39,375 nucleotides of DNA, from the IMG/VR virus record IMGVR_UViG_3300036987_000065, positions 1-39,375 of that record, one strand, 5' to 3'. Position numbers and translations under genes: made by a program. The stretch's first letter is position 1. Each line of letters starts with the position of its first letter. This DNA is from a virus. Lineage: Duplodnaviria > Caudoviricetes. Of this stretch, positions 26,222-33,574 are shown piece by piece. Under the pieces are notes generated by a model, which saw only the letters and a program-made list of their open reading frames with translations, did not search any database and was not told where the DNA came from.

Positions 26222-28608
26222 TGCTCCTCGAGCGGCGCGACATCAGGGGCGGCAGCTATGCCGCGGCGCCGTCGCTGGCGCCGGAGGCCTCGCTCGGCGA
26301 AATTTATTCGGCCGAGTACGATGCCAACCGGCTCAACTGGTTGACCATCAGCGAGCAGTATGCGTCGGAGCAGGCCTACGATGAGCAGATCGATCGCATC
26401 AAGGCGGCGACAGGTATCGGGCTCGATAACCCCTGGCGCACGGCGAGCAACTTGCCGCCGGTCATCCTGCCCAAGCCTGGCCTATTCGGCCTGCCATCCC
26501 TGACGATTGTCCCCGCCGAGGCGATATACGACAACGCCTTCGGCTCCTTTGCGAAGCGCCAGCAGGAGCTCGCCGAGCAGTTCCCGGACAAGCGAGACGT
26601 CATCGCCCCCGACAAACCGATCGGCGCGCGCGCGGCGGAGCTCGCGCGCGAATCGGCGACGCGGTCTGATGAAACATTCTCTCGCGGCGGCAACTGGCGC
26701 TATGCGGCCCGCTTGGCCGCGGGGCTTACCTCGAGTTTCGAGGACCCGGCGCAGCTGATGGCCCTCATGTTCGGGCCCCAGAACGAGGTGGGCGCCGGCG
26801 CGCGCGCGGTGCTGTGGAATGCAACCAAGGTCGGCGCCGCGAATGCCACCGTCGAAGTTGCCAGCTATCCCGCGATCCGCGACTGGCGCGAAAAGGCCGG
26901 CATGGGCTACTCGCTGAGTGAGTTGGGCGAGCATACCGGTGCGGCCTTCCTGTTCGGCGCCGGCATCGACGCCGGCGGCCGCGCGCTGTTTCGTGGTGTC
27001 TCCGGGTTGCGTGGCGAACCTACACCAGCCCCGCCGGTCGGCGATGCCGCCGATCGCGCGCTCGATGCTGCCGCGGCTACCCTCCCCCCTGAAAGCGTCG
27101 TTCGCCGGGCCGCTGGTGGCGATCTAGCGGCCTTGGACGAATTGGCCGTGGCAACGGGCCAGGCCGAGGACCCAGCCGTCAGAGGCGCGCGCACGGCGGC
27201 CGCGCTCGAGGACGGCCTCGAGACCGCCGCGCCGCATGTCGACCCCGGCGATGGCCTGTCTCGACTTGCGCAAGCAATCCGATCGTCGTTAGACGAAACC
27301 GAGCCGCCGCCGGGTCATGCCGATCCGGTGCCGCCGGCGCGCACGCCCGATCTCTCGGACGACGCGCCCGCACCGTTGACCGGCCGCAGCTTCTCCGTCG
27401 ACGGGAAGGCGGTGACGTTCCGCGACGTCGACGTCGCGCAGCTGGTCCCCGATGCGGCGATGTTCCAGTTCAAAGCCGGCGGCGATGTCGCCGGAGCGAC
27501 GGCGCGCCTCTCGGGTGTCGAAAGCTGGGACCCGATCGCCGCCGGCCGCGGCGTCGTCTTTGAACGCAAGAACGGCGAGCTCGTGCCGGCGGACGGCCAT
27601 CAACGCACCTCGCTCGGCAAGCGTCTCCTCGCGTCCGGGCAGGAGCAGGAAATCGCGCTGCCCGCGTTCGTGTTCCGCGAGGTCGACGGCTGGACGCCTG
27701 GTGACGTCCGAGCGCTTGCCGCCAAGAAGAACCTGCAGGAAGGTTCTGGCACCACGGTCGACGCTGCGAAGATCATTCGCGAGCGCCCCGATATCATCGA
27801 TGCATCGGTGCCGCTTTCCTCGGATGCCATGCGCCAGGCGCGCTCGCTGGCGCGACTTTCCGACGAGGCTTTCGGCAAAGTCGCAGCGGGCATCGTGCCG
27901 GCCAATCACGCCGCGATGATCGGCGACCTGGTGCCCGACAAGGCGATGCATTCGGGCATGATCGACGAGCTCGTCGCCGCTGATCCCGCGAATGCACGCG
28001 AGGCGCGGTTTATCGTGTCGGAGCTCATGCAGGCGCCAGTGCAGCACGAGGTGCAATTGACGCTGCTCGGCGCGGAGACGATCGCGCGTCCGCTGCTGCG
28101 CGAGCGCGCCAAGGTGCTCGATGCGGCTCTGAAGATATTGCGCGAGGACAAGCGCATTTTTGGATTGCTCGAGCGCGAGGCGGGCCGCATTGAACGCGCC
28201 GGCAATGCGTTGCGGCGTGATGCCAACGCCAGCGCCGCCCTCGAGGCTGAGGCGGTATCGGCGGTCATCGAGCAACTGGCCGCTAACCGTGGTCCGGTCT
28301 CGGATTGGCTGACCGACGCCGCGCGCGACATCGCCGGCGATGCGCCGGTGCGCAAGGCGGCAGAGACGTTTGCCAAGCGCGTGCGCGACGCGCTGCAGAA
28401 GGACGGGCTCGCCGGGCTCGCCGCAGCACCGCCGGAGCCGCTGCGCGCCAACGGCTTCGACGACGTGACGGGGCCGGAAGCTAAGTCGCAGGTCGAAGCG
28501 CTCGAGGCGCAGTTTGCCGACCCGAAACAGGGCGGCTTGTTCGACGAGCTCGAGGCCGTGAAGCGCGAGGGCGCCATCGGCGTCATCGTTGAAGGGTGCC
28601 AGCTATGA
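26221..28608 (+). CDS. Internal virion protein with embedded ParB/Srx-like domain
   Basis: Hydrophobic Gly/Ala N-terminal half; central FQFK...WDP..AG...VPADGHQR. Confidence 0.7.
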   Translation: MLLERRDIRGGSYAAAPSLAPEASLGEIYSAEYDANRLNWLTISEQYASEQAYDEQIDRIKAATGIGLDNPWRTASNLPPVILPKPGLFGLPSLTIVPAEAIYDNAFGSFAKRQQELAEQFPDKRDVIAPDKPIGARAAELARESATRSDETFSRGGNWRYAARLAAGLTSSFEDPAQLMALMFGPQNEVGAGARAVLWNATKVGAANATVEVASYPAIRDWREKAGMGYSLSELGEHTGAAFLFGAGIDAGGRALFRGVSGLRGEPTPAPPVGDAADRALDAAAATLPPESVVRRAAGGDLAALDELAVATGQAEDPAVRGARTAAALEDGLETAAPHVDPGDGLSRLAQAIRSSLDETEPPPGHADPVPPARTPDLSDDAPAPLTGRSFSVDGKAVTFRDVDVAQLVPDAAMFQFKAGGDVAGATARLSGVESWDPIAAGRGVVFERKNGELVPADGHQRTSLGKRLLASGQEQEIALPAFVFREVDGWTPGDVRALAAKKNLQEGSGTTVDAAKIIRERPDIIDASVPLSSDAMRQARSLARLSDEAFGKVAAGIVPANHAAMIGDLVPDKAMHSGMIDELVAADPANAREARFIVSELMQAPVQHEVQLTLLGAETIARPLLRERAKVLDAALKILREDKRIFGLLEREAGRIERAGNALRRDANASAALEAEAVSAVIEQLAANRGPVSDWLTDAARDIAGDAPVRKAAETFAKRVRDALQKDGLAGLAAAPPEPLRANGFDDVTGPEAKSQVEALEAQFADPKQGGLFDELEAVKREGAIGVIVEGCQL

Positions 28609-31034
28609 GCCTGAAAGACTGCATCGTGCGTTCGCACGCCGCCGGCGAGATCACGCTCGAGGAGCGCCAGGCGCTCGAGAAGCGATACGATCAGCTGGCG
28701 CGCCAAATCCTGGCGCCGGCGGACGTCAAGAAAGCTCTTGCCGCCGAGATCGAAGCCGAAGCGCTCGAGCGTAAGCGCCGCGCATTGCTGACCGAGCAGG
28801 CGCGCCAGGCGCGCGATGCCGACCTCGATGCACACCTCGATCGCCGCGGCCGCGCCGATCCGGCCGAAGCGCTGGCACTCATGCTCGAGCACCACGGCGA
28901 AGGCCGGATGATGGACGTCGAGCACAAGCGCCTGGCGATCCTCGCGGCGGCGCATGCGGACCTCAACCGGCTGCTTTATGAGATGCGCAAGGGATGGGCG
29001 CGCGGGGACAGACGCCGGCTTTACGGCCAGACCCGTGCGCGCCTCGAGAACGTCGTGCGTGAACTTTTTGGCGAAGGAACGGGCGATGCCCTGGCCGGTC
29101 AGCTGGCGCGCGCCTGGTCTTCTGTTTCCGAGGATCTCCGCCAGCGCTTCAACGCCGCCGGCGGCGCCATCGGTCACCTCAAGGATTGGGGACTGCCGCA
29201 GCACAACAACGGCGAGGCATTGCTCGCGGCCGGGCGTCAAGCCTGGGTCGACTACGTCATGCCGATGCTGGATCGCGACCGCATGTTGCACCCGCTGACG
29301 AAGCGAATGATGGGCGACGACGAATTGCGCGAAAGTCTCGAGCACGTATGGGGGACAATCACGACCGAGGGCTGGATCGATCGCGAGCCGACGGGCGCCA
29401 ACTTCGGCAAAGGAGCGCTGTTCCGCCAGCACGCCGACCATCGCTTTCTGATCTTCAAGGATGCCGATAGCTGGCTGACGTATCAGCGCGACTTCGGCGA
29501 GGGTGATCCGTTCGCCGCGATGATGGGACACATCTCCACCATGGCGCGCGATATCGCTTTCCTCGAGCAGTTCGGACCGAACCCGGAGGCGATGTTTACC
29601 TACCTGAAGCAGCGCGTGACTAAGGCCGCTGCGATGGGTGAAATCACCGGCGATCGCGCCCGCAAATCCATCGCGCTCGCGGAGGCGAAGTGGTCCGTGA
29701 TGCGGGGTTCGTCAAATTCTCCTGTGTCGACGCGCATGGCCAACGGTTTTGACACGGCGCGCAACTTGGTTGTTGCCTCGAGCCTCGGCTCCGCGCAGCT
29801 GTCGGCCATGTCCGACGTCGGCTTTCAGAAGGTGGCGCGCACATTCACGGGCCTGCCGGCGACGTCGGTCATCAGCGACCTGGTCAAGATGTTCCGCCAG
29901 GGCAATCGCGACGAGGCGGTGCAATCGTGGTTGATCCTCGATAGCGCGCTGCACGTCATGCACACGCAGTCGCGCTATCTCGGCTCCGTCAACTCCAAGA
30001 CGATCTCCGGCTATCTCGCAGATCGCGTCATCCACATGCAGGGCCTCGCCGCCTGGACGCAGGCCGGCAAGCACGCATTCGGAATGGCGTTTCAGGGCGA
30101 GCTTGGCCGGCGCTCCGCCCTCACCTTCGGCAAGCTTCCGAGCGCGCTGCGCATGACGCTCGAACGGCACGGCTTCACCACGGCGGAGTGGGACGTCATG
30201 CGCAAGGTGACGATGTATCAGCCGCGCACGGGCGCCACGTTCCTGCGGCCGAACGAGATCGCACACGTCGATCGAGCGTTGGCGGAGAAGTACATCGCGA
30301 TGGTTATGCGCGAGATGAAATACGCGGTCCCGGAGGGTACCGTCGGCTCGCGTGTCGTGCTCAATCAGGGTGCACGGCCCGGCACACTGGTCGGCGAGAT
30401 CGTCCGCAATTTTGCGCAGTTCAAGGCTTTCGGGGTTGCCGTGGCGATGCTGCATTCCTCGCGCGTCGCGCAAGAGATTGGCGCCGGCCGTGGTGCTCGA
30501 GGTGCGCTGTACGGGGGCGCGCTTCTGATCACAGGCGGATTACTCGGCGGCCTTTCCATGCAGCTGAAGGCAATCGCTGCCGGTCAGGACCCGCGCGATA
30601 TGAAGGACCCGGCGTTCTGGGGCGCGGCGCTCCTGCAGGGCGGCGGCATGGGCATCTATGGCGACTTCCTGTTCGGCAACGTCAACCGGCTTGGCGGCGG
30701 GCTATCGACGACGATCGCAGGACCGCTCGTCGATCGGGCGAACACGCTGCGCGATTTGACGATCGGCAATTTCGTTCAGCTGGGCGAGGAGAAGACGAAT
30801 TTCGGTCGCGAGCTATCAAACTTCCTGCGCCAGAATACGCCAGGCGGCAATCTCTGGTACCTCCGCCTCGCCGGCGAGCGCCTGGTCTTCGATCAGCTGC
30901 AGCACTTGCTAGACCCCGACGCACGCGGAGCATTCCGCCGCCGCGCCAGTCAGCGCAAAAAGCAGTTTGGCAATGAGTTTTGGTGGGCGCCTGGCGAGAC
31001 GGCGCCCGCGAGGGCGCCGCAGTTGAGCCGCTAA
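28605..31034 (+). CDS. Large internal virion / ejection protein
   Basis: About 809 aa; FNAAGGAIG..KDWGLPQ, HRFLIFKDADSW, QFKAF and LQGGGMGIYGDFLF motifs seen in podovirus ejection proteins. Confidence 0.78.
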   Translation: MSLKDCIVRSHAAGEITLEERQALEKRYDQLARQILAPADVKKALAAEIEAEALERKRRALLTEQARQARDADLDAHLDRRGRADPAEALALMLEHHGEGRMMDVEHKRLAILAAAHADLNRLLYEMRKGWARGDRRRLYGQTRARLENVVRELFGEGTGDALAGQLARAWSSVSEDLRQRFNAAGGAIGHLKDWGLPQHNNGEALLAAGRQAWVDYVMPMLDRDRMLHPLTKRMMGDDELRESLEHVWGTITTEGWIDREPTGANFGKGALFRQHADHRFLIFKDADSWLTYQRDFGEGDPFAAMMGHISTMARDIAFLEQFGPNPEAMFTYLKQRVTKAAAMGEITGDRARKSIALAEAKWSVMRGSSNSPVSTRMANGFDTARNLVVASSLGSAQLSAMSDVGFQKVARTFTGLPATSVISDLVKMFRQGNRDEAVQSWLILDSALHVMHTQSRYLGSVNSKTISGYLADRVIHMQGLAAWTQAGKHAFGMAFQGELGRRSALTFGKLPSALRMTLERHGFTTAEWDVMRKVTMYQPRTGATFLRPNEIAHVDRALAEKYIAMVMREMKYAVPEGTVGSRVVLNQGARPGTLVGEIVRNFAQFKAFGVAVAMLHSSRVAQEIGAGRGARGALYGGALLITGGLLGGLSMQLKAIAAGQDPRDMKDPAFWGAALLQGGGMGIYGDFLFGNVNRLGGGLSTTIAGPLVDRANTLRDLTIGNFVQLGEEKTNFGRELSNFLRQNTPGGNLWYLRLAGERLVFDQLQHLLDPDARGAFRRRASQRKKQFGNEFWWAPGETAPARAPQLSR

Positions 31035-31357
31035 TCGCAGTACGTCGAGCTACCAATACGCCGGCACGTCTTGCCGTCGCTGAAGTACGTGCTGTTACCG
31101 ATGGTCCGCGAGCTCGTCCCGTCGCTGTAGTACGTGCCGTTGCCGATCGTGCGGGAGCTTGACCCGTCGCTGTAGTACGTGCCGTTACCGATGGTGCGGG
31201 CGCTTGTCCCGTCGCTGAAATAGGTGCCGTTGCCGATCTGGTTTGCTGACAGCCCGTTGTCGCAAAACGTTGATGTTCCGATTGTCCGACACGTCTGAGC
31301 AACGGCGCCGCCGGCGAACAATCCGATCGCAAGAATGAACGATAAAATCAGTCGCAT
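31031..31357 (-). CDS. Secreted beta-hairpin repeat protein (moron)
   Basis: Signal peptide MRLILSFILAIGLFAGGAVA followed by six 15-aa repeats (xxRTIGNGTYxSDG); antisense to the late genes. Confidence 0.85.
   Translation of the reverse strand: MRLILSFILAIGLFAGGAVAQTCRTIGTSTFCDNGLSANQIGNGTYFSDGTSARTIGNGTYYSDGSSSRTIGNGTYYSDGTSSRTIGNSTYFSDGKTCRRIGSSTYCD
31035..31295 (-). repeat. 45-bp coding tandem repeat
   Basis: CCGTCGCTG recurs at 31074, 31119, 31164 and 31209. Confidence 0.9.
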
Positions 31358-31422
31358 GGTGATTCCCCATTGTTGAACCGGCGCAGGGTGCGCCCGCCAG
31401 TCTGCTTTGCAAGGGTTTAACG

Positions 31423-31454
31423 GAGGGTCCCATCGCGGCGGCCGGGGATAATCT
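31423..31454 (+). promoter_or_regulatory. 16-bp phage promoter motif, copy 4 (lysis / tail fibre module)
   Basis: GAGGGTCCCATCGCGG-N10-TAATCT; the ATG at 31461 lies at the predicted +1. Confidence 0.8.
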
Positions 31455-31460
31455 CCCGGC

Positions 31461-32315
31461 ATGCAGGCGCAGATGCTCAAATTCAAGGGGACGTGGCGCA
31501 TCGGCGTGTATTTCCACGCCGGCGACATCTCCGTGCGCGGCCCGTGGACCTATGAAGCGATCGCCGACCACGTCGCCGGCACGCAGTCTGAGCCAGGCGC
31601 CGGCGCCGATTGGGCGCGCTACTGGAAGGGCAGCGACGGCGTTGTCGTCGCGCGCGCGGTGGCGACCTCCGATCCACTGCCGACCGCGCCCGCCGTTCCG
31701 AATGTGACCGTCGTCCCCTTCCCCGTCATGACCTCGCCGCCGGCGCCTCTGGTCGACCAGGCGCCGGTGCCAGTTCAGCGCGAAGTTCATTCATTGCCGG
31801 TCCCGGCGACCGCGCCATCGCTGCCCGCAACGGTGCCGGCGGCGAGCGAGATCCTCGACGATAGCCAGGAAGGCGCGCTGAGCGTGGCGTTCGCGCTCGA
31901 TGCCATCCGTCAGAAGCTCGCGCATGCGGTCCGCCGCGACGACTTGGCGCAAGCGCTCTCTGCGTTTGCCGAGCGGCTCGCGCTGCTCGAGGCGAAGGCG
32001 CCGGAGCCGGCGCTCGAGCATGCCGACCCGATCGTCGCCGAGGCTTGGCGCCGCAAGTGCGAATTGCTGCAGGTGCCGACGATCGCTGCCGCGCGCGCGC
32101 AGATCGATGGCATGACGCGCGACATGCTGCGGCTACTGCGCAAGCGCGACAAGGGCGGCGCGTTCACGCCGCTCGAAGCTTCGCGCGTCGCGATCCTCGA
32201 CGTGCTCGATCAGCACCTCGCCGACATCGACGCTCGCGCCGCCGAGCTCGCGCTCGAGACGCCGCCCGACATCACCGCCGATCGGCACTGGCCAACATTG
32301 GGGGCAACGATATGA
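31461..32315 (+). CDS. Hypothetical protein (CBM5/12-like N-terminus, Pro-rich linker, tail-assembly-like C-terminus)
   Basis: GTWRIGVYFHAGD...YEAIADH...EPG....W and terminal DITADRHWP. Confidence 0.6.
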   Translation: MQAQMLKFKGTWRIGVYFHAGDISVRGPWTYEAIADHVAGTQSEPGAGADWARYWKGSDGVVVARAVATSDPLPTAPAVPNVTVVPFPVMTSPPAPLVDQAPVPVQREVHSLPVPATAPSLPATVPAASEILDDSQEGALSVAFALDAIRQKLAHAVRRDDLAQALSAFAERLALLEAKAPEPALEHADPIVAEAWRRKCELLQVPTIAAARAQIDGMTRDMLRLLRKRDKGGAFTPLEASRVAILDVLDQHLADIDARAAELALETPPDITADRHWPTLGATI

Positions 32316-33127
32316 GCGGCACGCCATGGATGCCGGAGGCCTGGAAGCGACTGGGCCAGGCGGAGATCGCCGGCGACGGCAACAACCCCGAGATCGTGTC
32401 GTGGTGGCGGATAATCGGCCTACCCGGCGTCAAGAACGACCGCACCCCAAACTGTGCGGCCTTTGGCCTAGCAATGCTGGTGCTCGGCGGCGTGTCGATC
32501 GACAGCATGCCGCTCAAGGATCGCGGCGCCGCAATCGCCTTCGAGGCGTTCGGCGCTCCGAGCGAGATGCGCGAGGGTGCTATCGTCGTGACGCGCCGTC
32601 ACGAGGACGGCAATCCGCGCGCGCGGCACATGGGCTTCCTGCTGTCCTGGACGCAGGACAGCGTCACGCTGCTTAACGCCAACGTGGGCGATAAGGTCTG
32701 CGTCGCCACATTCCCGCGCGCTGACGTCACGGCTGTTCGTTGGCCTGAATTCACCGATACGACTTTCTCCGATGCTGCAGTGACGGACGTGACGCCAGCG
32801 CCGCCGCAGGCCAAGCCTGAGCCTGCGGCGGCCGACGCCACGCGCGCGGCGCTCAATCATCCAATCGGCACGCTGCTCGCGATATCGCGGACTATACGCG
32901 GTGCGTTGTGGTCGTTTCTCGGCGGGCTCGTTCTGCTGTTTCAGGAAACGTTGCACTTCATCATCGACACCTACGCCAAGGTTCAGGAGCTCGCGCCGGT
33001 CAAGGGGCTGCTGCTCGAGGCCGGCGCCAATTTGAAATCGATCGGTTTTGCCTGCGTCGCCTGGGGCGTCGTCTGGGTGGCGGCGGCTAAGCTGACACCG
33101 AAACCAGCGCCGGAGCCGAAAGCATGA
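32312..33127 (+). CDS. Endolysin candidate, TIGR02594 / NlpC-P60-like, with C-terminal TM segments
   Basis: PWM..A...LGQAEIAG...NPEI, DRTPNCAAF (Cys), RHMGF (His), VRWP; upstream of spanins. Confidence 0.8.
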   Translation: MSGTPWMPEAWKRLGQAEIAGDGNNPEIVSWWRIIGLPGVKNDRTPNCAAFGLAMLVLGGVSIDSMPLKDRGAAIAFEAFGAPSEMREGAIVVTRRHEDGNPRARHMGFLLSWTQDSVTLLNANVGDKVCVATFPRADVTAVRWPEFTDTTFSDAAVTDVTPAPPQAKPEPAAADATRAALNHPIGTLLAISRTIRGALWSFLGGLVLLFQETLHFIIDTYAKVQELAPVKGLLLEAGANLKSIGFACVAWGVVWVAAAKLTPKPAPEPKA

Positions 33128-33378
33128 TCAGCGCCATTTGGAAAGTTGCCGGCCCTTGGTTCGGCCGCAACGGCGTCCTCGCGGCGTCGATTGCTGCGAT
33201 CATCGCGCTGGCCATTAGTTGGGACAAGTCTCGCGTTGAGAGCGGCCGCCAAATCGAGCGTGCCGCAGGGATCGAGAGGGGGATCGAACTCAATGCGAAA
33301 GGCCTTGCTGCACATAACCGCGCTGAGCTGCCTGGTGCTGTTGAGCGCGTGCGCGCCAAGTATTGCACCGATTGCTAG
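33124..33378 (+). CDS. Inner-membrane spanin (Rz-like)
   Basis: N-terminal TM, short helical region, C-terminal CTDC; overlaps a lipoprotein ORF. Confidence 0.65.
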   Translation: MISAIWKVAGPWFGRNGVLAASIAAIIALAISWDKSRVESGRQIERAAGIERGIELNAKGLAAHNRAELPGAVERVRAKYCTDC

Positions 33379-33571
33379 CGACGGGCTGATTTGCGAATCG
33401 TGGCGTGAGGTCACGACCGTCAACGGCGACAAGCTGACCGAGAAGACCGCGCAGCGTATCGAAGGCAACAACGAGGCGCGTTTGTCGCGCGGTTGCCCGC
33501 CCGATCCAGCGCGCGCCGCAAAGGGCAAGGCGCCCAAGAGCGCGCCGGCGAAGACGGCGGCCACGAGCTAG
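33293..33571 (+). CDS. Outer-membrane spanin lipoprotein (Rz1-like)
   Basis: MRKALLHITALSCLVLLSAC lipobox; DKLTEKTAQRIEGNNEA...C. Confidence 0.75.
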   Translation: MRKALLHITALSCLVLLSACAPSIAPIASDGLICESWREVTTVNGDKLTEKTAQRIEGNNEARLSRGCPPDPARAAKGKAPKSAPAKTAATS

Positions 33572-33574
33572 CGC

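Noticed and set aside
31035-31295. 45-bp periodic repeats as a CRISPR array
   Set aside because: No unique spacers; the period is a multiple of three and encodes a 15-aa protein repeat; no cas genes.
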